Shown: positions 27,632 to 44,721, counted from the first letter of the stretch. The stretch: DNA of 64,000 nucleotides from Eledone cirrhosa (GCA_964016885.1 OZ024742.1:278442001-278506000), one strand, 5' to 3'. Program-made: numbers and translations. Notes: generated by a model from the letters alone, not told the origin.

Positions 27632-28749
27632 GGAACATTCTCTTGATATTTTTGAATACAAAATAGAGAGTATAGTTTTCTTCCTGAAATTTATACAAAC
27701 ATACATACCTATACCCTCCCACACACACTCTCATGCACACGCACACACATACACCCACACACCCACCCACACACCCACATATATGTATATATATATATGT
27801 AGACCGAATCTCAGCTATTACTTCAGGTTACTTAATTCTCTATCCTTCCGTATTTCACATACATAATTTTATTTGTGAATATTTATTATACAAAGGTGTT
27901 GTGAACAAAGAGTGAGCAATCAATGAATATATTACAGAGTAGTCAAATATTATTGAAAATTGAAACTGATCGTTAGTCGAAGGGAACTATGCTTTCATCG
28001 ATCTTTTCATTGCTGATGCTATTTGAAGGTCGAAACTTCCGAAAGAAGAAGGTGGAGTTTGGACTCAGAACGCACAGAGCCAGATCGAATACTGCAAATA
28101 ATCCTGTCCAACTCTTTAATTGATTCTGCCAATCTACATCCTCAGGAATCTTGGATTGGCAGTATTGGTAGAGAATCGGACACCATGCTTTGCAGCATAG
28201 AGTTACGGCCTTTATGATCTGAGTTCAAATCCTGCAGATTAACTTTGCCTTTCATCCTTACAGGGTCAATAAAATAAAGTAATGCACTGGGTAATTGCTG
28301 GCCTTGTGTCAAAAAGTTGAAGCAATTATATTTACCGACCCTGAGAGAATGAAAATAAAAATACACATTGACAGGATTTCAGCACAGAGCGGTGACTCAC
28401 TAAGAATACTACTAACTCCACCTGGTATGAGTATATTATACCAGACAAAAAAAAAAAGAAAAGTAATAATAATAAACAAAACAAAATCAAACCCGCACTT
28501 TTACTGCCTACTAAATCTATCTCCAAAAGTATAGCATGTGTGTATATGTATGTATGTGTGTATGTATGCATACATGTATTATGTATGTATATATACATGT
28601 ATGTATATATGTAAGTTTGTATGTATGTATGTATGTATGCATACATGTATGTATGTATTATCTGTGTATGTATGTTTGTATTTATGTATATATGTGTGCA
28701 TGCCTGATACCTGCATGCATGTATGTATGTACGTATGTGTGTGTATGTA

Positions 28750-28780
<31 letters not shown>

Positions 28781-29889
28781 GTATGCATGTATGTGTCTGC
28801 GTACTTCTTATATATAAAATCTCAGTTGCTCAATTTTTTTCTCTAATCCAATGCGCCAATCCACCAATTACTGATTATTCCAGATTGCCTGCAGGAGCCC
28901 ATTTTCTATGAAGGTATTCATGTTAAGCTCGACGCAGAATTTTATTCGTTTCACGGAAACCCGAACCAATTACACAATTATAAAACCAACGATCAACTAC
29001 TGCTGCTTACAATATGTCTCTCTCTATTATAGCTTATTATGTTGCTGGCTGGGTCATTATATAAAATTTCACTGTTCTGATGCTCACACAGAAGAAATAC
29101 TAGCTACTTCACAAGAAATAAAGGGCAGAGCATTCAGACAGTAAGTCATCAATGTATCGACTAGTTTTAATGTATTTCTCTCACTCTCCCGCTAATCTGT
29201 GTCCGCTGTTGTTGCTGTTGTTTAATCCTTTCCTTGCCGTATTTCTACTGAAATACACTGTCTATGATTTTTAAATAAGTTTGAAAATAATCAAAAATTG
29301 GGATGAATTTATTAATATATCTAAGTTTCTGGTTACTAAGTTGATGTTTGGTATAACAAAGGCTCTTTTAGGGTGGAATATTTTTAGAGAAATATTTAGT
29401 TAGTAAGCCATTCGTTATTGTAATTCAACTGATAGAGCGCTTATGATTTTTAAATAATTTATAAAATAATCAGAAAAATATAAAGATTTAAAAATATAGA
29501 GATTTAAAAATGAAATAATAGGTTTGGGTATTAAAGCGAGATACATCTACTTTTTGTCAGTAGGCCGTGGGATTGTCTAAAATATTCCCTTTGGCTTGTC
29601 TTTCTATATACGTTAATAAGGTGACGTCGTGGGTGTAGCAAAATATGAAATGTAGAGCTAAATTACTTGAGGATAGGCTTATAATCCTGATGACTATAAT
29701 CAGTTGAAATTCTCCATGTGGTTTATTATATATCCAGCCAATCTAATAAAGCCTACTACATTTTGAACTTCAAAGTCTCTGTCAAGGTTTTCCCTGTAAA
29801 AATATATTTTAAATTATACACACTCATCCACACACACACAGATACGCGCGCTCACACACACACATAAATATATATATACATTGTTACAG

Positions 29890-30066
29890 TGTTGGTTACT
29901 ACTCGATATTAAGGTTAGTAGAGTGGGCAAGGGTTAGTGTTAGGGTTCAGATCTAGCTGTCAAAACAGCCGGAGTCCTGACTCTTTTCACAATACGAACT
30001 CTACTACCCTAAATATCAAGTACTCTGGTATGTTATGGTCCACCTGGTATCTAACCACACCCAGTT

Positions 30067-30068
<2 letters not shown>
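29890..30068 (+). mobile_element. Short diverged Hydra-type PLE 3' end with small inverted piece
   Basis: ACTCTACTACCCTAAATATCAAGTACTCTGGT..GTTATGGTCCACCTGGT matches the ends at 6716-6786 and 30116-30190. Confidence 0.75.
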
Positions 30069-30116
<48 letters not shown>

Positions 30117-30194
30117 CAAAGGAATTGTGGTAAGGAACCAGATAGACCATAACGCACCAGAGTGCTCAATACTTAGGGTAGTAGAGTGGGAAAT

Positions 30195-30311
30195 AGGAAA
30201 AAGTATTACCCCGACGGCAGAGCTCAAGCCGTTTCGACGGCTATTTCTGGACTAAATTAGAACTTTTAGCCTGGTGAATAAATAGGCGAACGTGTTAAGG
30301 GTGTACTTCCT
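30195..30311 (-). ncRNA. U3-A8-type hammerhead copy (core decayed to UUAACAC, GUC intact)
   Basis: Homologous to 6595-6706; distal stem I AGGAAG/UUUCCU, same AUACU bulge. Confidence 0.6.
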
Positions 30312-32016
30312 TATATGAGAAGATGGTAGTTGTCAAGAGGATTGGTTAAAATTTGTTGTAAACACAAATAAGTCTATCATGGCATTTGGTGGGAGGTAGG
30401 GGTGGCTGAACTTGCCTGTAGAACAATAGGGGAGTGAGTGGAGCGGTCAAGCGTTGAAGGTGATATGTATACAGAAGATTCTAAGGATAGTGTATGAAGT
30501 GGAGGAGGGAGGTTATAGAATAGGTAAATCGAATGAGAGTAGGGGGACAATAAAAGATAATAGAAAGAAATAAAAAAATATATAAAATTAGATAGTGAGA
30601 AAAGAATAAAAAAAATCACAATGCTATCTTACAATTACAGGTTAATAAGTTGAGAATAGAAAAAAACTTGTAGAATGAGTAGTAACAAAACTGATACAAA
30701 ATTAAAGGGGTTTTAACACATCTGCTATAAGTAGTGAGTAAAACGTATTCGGCCAATTCTATCTTAAAATAACAAGGGTGGGGGAACTGATGCTACAGAG
30801 GCCCGTTGGGATGCATCGAGGTAGGTGAAAGGGGAAAAGCAGACGAGGAAGAAAATAGGGGGTGGAAGGAAGTGATAGGATGAGACAGGGGGAAGAAGAA
30901 GACAAAGAGGAAAAGAAAAGAGATACATATACCTATGTAAGCTGAGGTTTTCCCTAACTTATTCGGCAAGTGGGGGGTTATCAGCCCTTATCTACCCACC
31001 CGGGTCGTTATGGGGTTTGAGGGCGAGGTAAGTCCTACGCAATTTGTGTATGCATGCGGTTACCAGTTCGTCTTTCTTGTTTAGGAGTTAGTCCTTCGAA
31101 AACAGCATTTGTAATGTTTCCTCCGAGCATAATTTACACGGACGGCTTCCTCCCGTGTAATAGTTAGCTCCAGACAGTAAGTTCCAAGTGAGATTGTAGG
31201 TTATATTATTATCTTGGAGGTCCCAGATGTGGCCCGAAAGTGTAGTGACATGTCGCCAGACCGGATTTCGGGAAGTATGTCGGTGTTGGTAGAACCGGGT
31301 CTTGAAGTCACACGCGGTTAATCCTATATAAGCTTTGTTGGAGGTGTCCGTCCTCACGTTGCACTGGTAGATCACGTTACGTTCTCGGCATTTGTTGTTG
31401 AGGGGGCACGTAGATCTACCAGGGCAGTTACACCTCCTAGTTGGCTCTCCACTGATGTTTAGGTTATTTCTTCCATAGGGGTTGAGCTTTTTGTTGTTTG
31501 AGGAGACGATATTTTGTGCGAAGTTAGGTGTGGTTCTGTAGATGATTTTGATGGTGTTTTTGTTGATTATGTTGTGGTAGCGGTGTTGTAGTGGGAAGTG
31601 TTTTTCGAGGAGTCTAAAAAGATTTTCCCGATTGGTGTTGCGACCTAGGCATTATGGGGAGGATTGAACCACGTTACGTTGCGTGAGTGGTGGTGTCGCC
31701 TGCTGGATTCGCTAAGGGAAGCTGGATAAAAGGATATTTCCCCCCGCAAGCCACTCCCCTTGAGGGCCTTGTTGTAATGAGGTGCGTGTTCGTCGAATAT
31801 CTGCTCATTAGCGACAAACGATATATGCGGAGGGAGATGTTTTCAACCAGGTTATTGGTGATGTTTCTAGGATGGTTAGAGCGGCGGTGGATGTAGTGCA
31901 GGTTGTCGTTTGGTTTCCTGTATGGGTAGTACAGATAATTTTCGAGGGTAAAGGTAACGTCCAGGAAATTGACTCGGGTTAGGGACATTTGTAGGGTGAT
32001 TTTAAATCCCCAGTCC

Positions 32017-33940
32017 TATAAGATCTGTAACCTTTTCCACCTGGTCAAGAGAATTAAATTCAAAACCAGACACGACAGATTCCTACAACAACTCCGTAGC
32101 AAAATAACAGAGTATGGAAACACCAACGACATCATGGTGCTCTCGGACAAAACAGGAAACCTCTACTGAGAGATACCACACACTGATGAGGAGCAGCCTA
32201 AACTCCACCTATAAAAAGGCTAACCATTCAAGTATCGAGGACATAAATCGAGATGGACAACAAATTACCTCCAGCCTCGGCGTCGCCGACCGCACTGAAC
32301 CCCTAGACATACGGACTCCCTACTTCACACTGAAGGACCACAAATCCGACTTCGACCGCAAACCATCCATTAGGCTTATAAACCCAACGAAGTCGGACAT
32401 AGGGAGAATCAGTAAAAAGATCCTAGACCGAGTTATATCAAAAGTTAAGCAAAACGTGAGACTTAGCCTATGGGTCAGCACCCAGGAAGTAATCTCATGG
32501 TTCAGGAATATGGAGGACAAACGAGACACAAAATTCATCCAGTTTGACATAGAGAGTTACTATGCATCTATTACCTTTCCGCTCCTTACGGCCGCCTTGC
32601 ACTTTGCCGAAACACTCACAACTATCACTGAGCAGGAAAGAAATATCATTCTCCACGCCAGGAAAACAGTCTTACTTTTCGACAATCTTAGTGGATAAAG
32701 AGAGCTCCCGACCGCCCCTTCGACGTCAGTATGGGCACGACGGATTCGGCCGAGGTCACAGATCTTATAGGATTATTACTACTATTTAAACTCACCGAAA
32801 TGTTTCCTGCATTCGGTGGTGGATTGTACCGGTATGATGGGCTCCTCACCCTCAAAGAGTACAACCCCAGTCGTACAGACCGGGTCCGTAAACAACTAAT
32901 CAACTTCTTCCGGGACTAGGGATTTTAAATCACCCTCCAAACGTCCCTAACCCGAATCAATTTCCTGGACGTTACCCTTAACCTCGAAAATTATCTGTAC
33001 TACCCATACAGGAAACCAAACGACAACCTGCACTACATCCACCGCCGCTCTAACCATCCTAGAAACATCACCAATAACCTGGTTAAAAATATCTCCCTCC
33101 GCATATCTCGTTTGTCCGCTAATGAGCAGATATTCGATGAACACGCGCCTCATTACAACCAGGCCCTCAAGCTGAGTGGCTTCCGGGAGTAAATATCCTT
33201 TTATCCAGCTTCCCTTAGCGGATCCAGCAGGCGACACCGCCGCTCACGCAACACAACGTGGTTCAATCCTAACCATAATGCCGAGGTGGCAACACCTATC
33301 GGGAAAATCTTTTTAGACTCCTCGAAAAAGAATTCCCACTACAACACCGCTACCACAACATAATAAACAAAAACACCACCAAACTCTCTTACAGCACCAC
33401 ACCTAACTACGCACTAAACATCGTCTCCTCAAACAACAAAAAACTCAACCCCTATGGAGGAAATAACCTAGACATCAGTGGAGAGCCAACTAGGAGGTGT
33501 AACTGCCCTGGTAGATCTACGTGCCCGCTCAACAACAAATGCCGAGAACGTAACGTGATCTACCAGTGCAACGTGAGGACGGACACCTCCAACAAAGCTT
33601 ATATAGGATTAACCGCGTGTGACTTCAAGACCGCTCTACCAACATCGACATACTTTCCGAAACCCGGTCCGGCGACATGCTACTACACTTTGGGGCCACA
33701 TCTGGGACCTTCAAGATAATAATATAACCTACAATCTCACTGGGAGCTTACTGTCCAGAGCTAACTCTTACACGGGAGGACGCTGTCCGTGTAACTTATG
33801 CTCGGAGGAAACATTACAAAAGTTGTTTTCGTAGGACCAACTCCTAAACAAGAAAGACGAACTGGTAACCGCATGCATACACAGATTGCGTAGGACTTAC
33901 CTCGCCCTCAAACCCCATAACGACCCGGGTGGGTAGATAA
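32017..33940 (+). pseudogene. Disrupted PLE RT-GIY-YIG ORF (Hydra type)
   Basis: TLKDHK, IRLINPTKSDIG, FIQFDIESYYASI, FDVSMGTTDSAEV, GLYRYDGL (YRDD mutated), NFLDVT, CNCPGRSTCPLNNKC, VIYQC..AYIGLT, CNLC; frameshifts and stops. Confidence 0.9.
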
Positions 33941-34610
33941 GGGCTGATAACCCCCAACTTGCCGAATAAGTTAGGGAAAACCCCAGCTTACATAGGTAGA
34001 TGTATCTCTTTTCTTTTCCTCTTTGTCTTCTTCTTCCCCCTGTCTCATCCTATCACTTCCTTCCACCCCTTATTTTCTTTCTCGTCTGCTTTTCCCCTTT
34101 GGCCTACCCCGATGCATCCCAACGGGCCTCTGTAGCATCAGTTCCCCCACCCCTGTAATTTTAAGATAGAATTGGCCGAATACGTTTTACTAACTACTTA
34201 TAGCAGATGTGTTAAAACCCCTATAATTTTTATCAGTTTTGTTACTACTCATTCTACAAGTTTTTTCTATTCTCAACTTATTAACCTGTAATTGTAAGAT
34301 AGCATTGTGTTTTTTTTATTCATTTCTCATTATCTAATTTCATTTTCTTTTCTTTGTTTCTATATTCTTTTATTGTCTCCTACTCTCATTCGATTTACAT
34401 ATTCTATAACCTCCCTCCTCCACTTCATACACTATCCTTAGAATCTGCTGTATACATGTCACCTTCAACGCTTGACCGCTCCACTCATTCCCTATCGTTC
34501 TACAGGCAAGTTCAGCCACTCCTACCTCCCACCAAATGCCAAGATAGACTTATTTGTGTTTACAACAAATTTTAACCAATCCTCTTGACAACTACAATCT
34601 TCCCATATAA

Positions 34611-34715
34611 AGAAGTACTCCCTTGACAAGTTCGTCAATTTATTCACCAGGCTAAAAGTTCTAACTTAGTCCAGAAATAGCCGTCGAAACGGCTTGAGCT
34701 CTGCCGCTGGGGTCC
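34611..34715 (+). ncRNA. U3-A8-type hammerhead copy (core UUGACAA intact, cleavage site mutated)
   Basis: CCC-UUGACAA-G...UAGCCGUC-GAAA-CGGC UUGAGCUCU GCCG-CU-GGGGU. Confidence 0.65.
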
Positions 34716-34719
34716 TATA

Positions 34720-34785
<66 letters not shown>

Positions 34786-34787
34786 TA

Positions 34788-38087
<3,300 letters not shown>

Positions 38088-38099
38088 TATATATATATA

Positions 38100-38185
<86 letters not shown>

Positions 38186-38462
38186 GTATATATACAAGAG
38201 CAAAAATGAAGCGTTCATTCTACTGACATGGCTATAAAATTGAGGCTTGTTTGCATAATTACAACCGAATCGAGTGTTATTATTAATATTCGAAAAACTC
38301 AGATTATATTCATTGTATTCAACTATGTAGAGTGAACATTTTGTTTTATCCAGGAATAACTTGAAACGTTAAGATCCTTTTCCTGGTTATGTCAATATTC
38401 ATAAAACAAACTTTGTATTTTATCTGAAGAGAGCGTACCAAAGTTTTGGTACCCTATATATT

Positions 38463-38502
<40 letters not shown>

Positions 38503-38507
<5 letters not shown>

Positions 38508-38648
38508 AAGTATGACCCCGACGGCTGAGCTGAAGCCGTATCGACTACCCTAAGCATTGTGTATATTTGGTGGGAGGTAGGGGTGGCTGAACTTACCTGT
38601 AGAACAATAGGGGAGTGAGTTGAACGGTTCCTTACCACATTTCCTTTG

Positions 38649-38649
<1 letters not shown>
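38503..38649. mobile_element. Four-segment mosaic of Hydra-type PLE 3'-UTR pieces in alternating orientation
   Basis: Segments match 30196-30240, 6720-6735, 30384-30447 and 6763-6786. Confidence 0.75.
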
Positions 38650-38704
<55 letters not shown>

Positions 38705-38717
38705 GGATATATATACG

Positions 38718-38749
<32 letters not shown>

Positions 38750-39463
38750 TATATATTCTTTCGTTACTTTGGTATTGTGTGGTTGGGTTTTGCCTCCCGC
38801 AATGTTCTATTTGTCAAGCTATTTAAACGTATGTTATTACTCTAAGGAGTGCTTTACTAACTTATTGAGTGCTTTGCTAACTCATTCCTATTGTAGTTCG
38901 ACTTTGCTTGGCCACAGCCAAAGCTTCGATTTTACTAAGTTTCCTCTTGTATATATATATATACAATTGTTTCACCTTAGCGGATCTTCAGCTCGGATTC
39001 CATTTGTTTTAATACGTCATCATTTTGTTTACATTGGTTGAAACAATGGTTGTCGGTATGGTGAACTAACTGTTGTGTTCCCACTCCTACCTAACTCGTT
39101 CCATGGACTGAGTGCTCTACCACTACGGATATTACCTTCCAGTGTTCCACACTATATATATAGTGCTCATTCAGTGAGTGTTTGACCCGTTTTATGTATA
39201 GTTACGGTTATGCATAAAACGATTCTATTGATGAACAACAAGCATAAAATAATCATTGTGTTGACTTTTAGATTTTCTCAGTGTGAAATGATTATTGATT
39301 GACTTTTTGGCATTTCAAATATGGACATAAAGACAAATATGAATGTCACCAGGTCGAGGCTGGCCTGGTCTTCAGTGTTTCTTTCATCAGACTTTCTTTA
39401 CCGGTCATCTGCGTCTATGTGCATTTCTAAGTGTATGTGCTTATATGCATCTTTGAGTGTGCG

Positions 39464-39565
<102 letters not shown>

Positions 39566-40092
39566 CATACAGTCAGTGTATCTCTTTCAATGTGTGCATA
39601 TGCATGTTGATATAAATATGCATGTCTGTGCGGGGCCGTTTATGGATGTGTATCGAGCTTTTGCTATATATATATCTGCTGATGAATGAAATCCAACCGT
39701 GACCATCTCCACTGAAAGTTTTCATGAAATATTCTTTTAAGACTATACAGAGCATTTGATGTTATTCCAAATTGAAGGATAAGTGTTTCAAACTTTATTT
39801 TATCATGAGTTAAAGGTCTATAGATTTTTCCCTGGATTTTACTAAATTCTGTGGATGAATTTATATCCTGATTCTCTTTTGAGATGAGTTTGAGTTATTT
39901 TTCCTAAATCTTTCGTTAACTACTTTTCCCATCTTGACGTTATAGTCGCATATATGTTATAGAATGCCGTTAGCTTCTTGCTAAAACAATCTCTATACCT
40001 CTCATTTATATATATATACAAAAACTCAATACACACACACATACATATATATATATCAAGTAAGTAAGTTTTGAAACAGTGAGCAAGTTTGA

Positions 40093-40310
40093 ATTAGAAA
40101 AGAGAAGTTTTCACCGTATTTTTAAACTAAACAAATTTAAAGCCTGGTAGTGGGGTTTAGAACCGTCAGAGAAATGGAAAAAGATAAGTATTGACATACA
40201 TGTACGTACATGTATGTCAATACTCTTCTTTTTCCATTTCTCTGACGGTTCTAAATCCCACTACAGGCTAAAATTTCTTTAGTCAAAAAATACTGGGAAA
40301 GCTTCTATTC
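40093..40310. repeat. Imperfect ~220-bp palindrome made of two opposed copies of a ~100-bp repeat (single copy at 9920-10018)
   Basis: Centre AGTATTGACATACATGTACGTACATGTATGTCAATACT is a perfect palindrome; arms TTTTTCCATTTCTCTGACGGTTCTAAA. Confidence 0.8.
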
Positions 40311-40352
40311 TCTCTCTCTCACGCGCGCTCTCTCTCTCTCTCTCTTCTCTCT

Positions 40353-40437
<85 letters not shown>

Positions 40438-40441
<4 letters not shown>

Positions 40442-40569
40442 TTTCTGAGGACGGCATGTATATGTGAAGGTATGTATATTTCCTCTCATAATTTGTAATA
40501 TTTTTACATAGATCTATATGATATACATACCAACACACATATACGTCTCAGAAACGATCGTAAAATGAT
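40438..40569 (+). ncRNA. Type I hammerhead with ~100-nt stem II, at the start of a PLE-end-like fragment (40438-40765)
   Basis: AUCAUUU-CUGAGGA-[GUAUAUGUG..GGUAUGUAUAU...AUAUACAUACC..CACAUAUAC]-GAAA-CGAUCG-UA-AAAUGAU. Confidence 0.7.
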
Positions 40570-40762
40570 GAATTTTTTAATATAAGGAACTTGTTCTTTG
40601 TTTTTATTTCATTGTTTTTATTAATTTATCTTGACTCTGTTTTCCTATGATTTTTATCGAAAATTTTTGAATGCATCTTCTCTTTTCATGATATTTGGAT
40701 TACATTGAGTTCTTCATACGGATTGGACACTACCGCATATTTTGGTAGATTTATCTACATAT

Positions 40763-40822
<60 letters not shown>

Positions 40823-41046
40823 ATATATATATATATATACAATATAAAGAGGAAAAACACTAAACTGAATGGTTATAGGCTGCCATCTCTAGCCGCTTCT
40901 TGTACCATTTATACCAGTAGTCACTGCCTCACACAGACATTCTCTTCCCATTTACACGTGCTACAGGTCAATTAATTTATGTCTCCTTAATAATTGTTTC
41001 TATCTACTATTTTTTTTCTAATAGTGAGGACAATACCGGCTTGAGC

Positions 41047-41116
41047 GCATGCTGATGATCCATAAGGCTGAATTGGTCCTCACGAATTTATGGTGAAACT
41101 TTCTCCAAGTTAGTCT
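41047..41116 (+). ncRNA. Hammerhead motif (stem I decayed) in PLE-end-like fragment 40838-41359
   Basis: CUGAUGA-U-CCAUAA...UUAUGG-U-GAAA-CUU UCUCC AAG-UU; the fragment has a small inverted 5' piece and (TA)n flanks. Confidence 0.6.
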
Positions 41117-41356
41117 GTACATGTGTCATTTGGTTATGGGGTTGGGTTTTTTCATTTGAATTTATCCTTTTAACTATAATGTATTTCCTAAACCTCTCGT
41201 AGCTTATATGTTCTTCGCGCTAGTGGTCTTGTAATTGAAAACACACTCTCTTGTGTTTTTTCTCTATATATTGTATTTTGAAGTGCCCAGGAAAACTTTT
41301 TCCGCTGAGCTCATTAAATTACAGGCTTCACGAGTACTTTACTCCGTTGCATTACT

Positions 41357-41422
<66 letters not shown>

Positions 41423-41443
41423 GTACACACACACACACACACG

Positions 41444-41553
<110 letters not shown>

Positions 41554-42608
41554 CAAGCGTGTGTGTCTGTATACCAGTGTCAATATGTGTAAAAGTTGCA
41601 GATATCCACACAGGTCACGTTATATTGGAAAATGAAAAGCGGAAAGTGCACTAAATACTTTTACATAATTTTACATAAATCCAGTGTACATCTGAAGAAC
41701 ATGATAGAGTGTAAGTCGGTCGGTAAAGTATTCTGCATTTTATGTTTTATATTATATTATTTTGTATTGTAATATACCGTGGATTTATGTAAAATTATGT
41801 AAAACAATTTAATGGTAAAGAAAAAAAATTTGACTACTTCTGTCTTCCAAAACTTCTGACATTTTATATATAATACATTGTATATTTTCTATAAAGAATT
41901 TAGTGAAAGAAATATATGTATTTATGTAAAAGCATTTCGCGCATTTTCGACTTTTTATTTTATGTATACATACATGCATACACCTAGTGGGGTCATATGG
42001 GTGTCAAAATGTCATACGGCGTGTCTTGGGAATTTTAAATAGAGGAGCCAATATACTCTCAATGAATGAAGTCTGCCGGTTTCTTCCATAGTAGGAGACA
42101 GAGGGAGAGTAAAAGTGAGTTTATGAGAAATAGGAATAGAAGGATCGACTATAGTAGTAACCGGATACATTTTTATGATCTCCGCGGTTTCTATTAGTCG
42201 TTATAGAGAATCTGCCATTTGGTCGCGTATTATACATACATAATGGCTGCAACTCGATTTTGAGTAATGCCATCACTTGATACTTAAGCATGAACATCAC
42301 AGACATGGCTTTTTAATCCTGCTAGACACTTGCCTATGGCTAGAAATACCATGCATCGCAAAAAATGTCACAAATTAAGCAATGCCTCTGCTTGAAGCTT
42401 TTTTAAATGCGGAAAGGCTTTGCATAGGGCCAATCCTACTATGAACATCGAATGCTTTTGCCCAAAATGAAGAACTGGTCTACATCATTGGTTGCAAAGG
42501 AAGTTGCAGGTTTTATATCGGAGTGACCTTCTCCCAGAGAGATGCCTTAATGAAGACTAGTAGTCTCTCGCTCCACAACCCCCCCCCCAAAAAAAAAAAA
42601 TCAAGACG

Positions 42609-42672
<64 letters not shown>

Positions 42673-42680
42673 ACACACAC

Positions 42681-42713
<33 letters not shown>

Positions 42714-43629
42714 AATGTGGGCTTTTGTGTGTACATACATGTAGTCCACTAACATACTTGTATTAAGTCAAGAGATTTCGGTTCATTGCAATATGCCTTT
42801 AGTGATGAGAAATATCATTATCTAAATGAAAATCTCGGGACAAGAAATGGGCGGGTGATGTGTTTGTGCGTATGTACTTGAGTCGGGGATAACCCTAAGA
42901 TTTAAATTAATTAAAGTTATTTAATTATCTAATGTCCAGGGGAATGAGTTCGATTTTTAACACTATAGTGATATTCCTATTCTTGTTTCATCAGTGAAGC
43001 GTACTCTAAACGTAACTACTATATCATAGAATAAATTAAGTGTCATAAGATATTTGTGAATGAACACTGAATGGCATAATAACTTAAAAGATGTTCTGGG
43101 GAAATACCCAGGGATGCCTACTGCAGGAAAATTTAATAGTAAAGTTGGTGCTAGAATAATTGATGCAGTTAGCAAAAAATAATCATTAATTAAAATTATA
43201 TCCTTAGTGATGAGAACAATTAGTCTCATTTCCCTCTGCATTCCATATTTAATTAATTTTTATTAATTAAACTTTTGGCGTTGACTTTCTTCCTTTTTTG
43301 ACCAGAATTAGTAATTTACATAATAACTGCTCTCACGACTAAAGGTGTAATATTAATTAATCATATTTTCTTGGTATACTTCATCAACAATGCTAGTACC
43401 CATTTTATTGTGAAGTTTCCCGCAGAAAGTATCTCAGGGTAATTTCCTCCAGTCAGTCTTCCTATATACAACATTTCCCAATCACTCACACACATACACA
43501 CCAATGTGCACACACTAATAATATAAAACTCAGAGACACGCACATGTACACACACACACACACACATACTGACGGAAGCAATAAGGCTCACCTACCAATT
43601 TCACTCCATCACCACACACACAACCACAC

Positions 43630-43740
43630 CCTTGAGAAACTAAGACCCTCCACCTCGGCTCCCACTCCCGAATGCTAGAGCAGTGGCCTACCAACACCAA
43701 CCTTCTTAACAACTTTTTCAAACTCTGGTGTGCCTACTTG

Positions 43741-43829
<89 letters not shown>

Positions 43830-43990
43830 ACCCTCTCTCTCTCCTAACTCTACATTTCCTGACTTCCTGACGAAGGACATCCGTCTGAAGTGCCGAACCC
43901 TCCTCTACTTCTTCCTAAGCTTGATACTAATAAACTTTGTTTTTGATTCCCTGTTTTTGTGTTATTCGTCAATATCCTGTATACATACGT
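43630..43990 (+). mobile_element. Old PLE 3' relic with decayed HHR (CTGACGAAGGACATCCGTCTGAA at ~43867)
   Basis: Similar to 47370-47500; LHLGS-like endonuclease tail remnant upstream. Confidence 0.45.
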
Positions 43991-44721
43991 TTATGTTTAT
44001 GTTTTTGTGTAGGGAAGGACAGGCACCTTGATTCTTATACATGTTTTTGGCGATTTGAAAAATCGTACCCATTTACCGCCATAAAATATAAAGATAAAAA
44101 AAGGCAAATTCCTCCTAGGCAATATTTGAGCTCAGTGCAAAGACCCAGAATAAAATCACTATTTTCTACGCTCTATCGATTCTGCTAGTTTGTATATCAC
44201 CAGGCAGGGAAAGTCCATTTGGACATACATTCACGAGCTCTTGTTTAAACGCCTCATTATGCATTAAACAGCGAGCACTAAGAGCTACAGAAATGCAAAA
44301 TCAAAAACAAAGCACTCTAAAATATAGAACAATTAATAATTGAAAGAAACTAATACGATAAATTAAAATGCTGCGAATAATTAGAAATAATATTAAAAAA
44401 AATAATATAAAAAGTACAAACAAGAAAAATACCAAAATCATTAATTTTTTATGGCTCTCCTATTTTTTTTTTTTTTTTCATATTTTTTCAAATAATATTT
44501 AATGTCCGATCATTTTATGACATTTCGCGTAGAAATGTGCAGAATAATTTATGATATTAGAATCATGAATAATAACACATTTCATCTCATGTAAACGTAT
44601 AGCAGTCAGGCTGTCTCCATGTAAGCGGTGAATTGGCAGTCATTAGAGAGTGAATGAAAAAGTGAATGTCTATGTGTGTTAGAGAGTGAGGGAGATAGAA
44701 AGTGTGCGTGTGTGTGTGTGT

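Larger units (their letters stand above)
30116..34716. mobile_element. Hydra-type Penelope-like element as a fold-back: minus arm 30116-32016 mirrors ~32913-34716 of the plus arm
   Basis: RT motifs and GIY-YIG domain on both arms; (TA)n on both sides. Confidence 0.92.

Noticed and set aside
29683-29720. CTGATGA...GAAA motif
   Set aside because: No consistent stems I, II and III could be formed.
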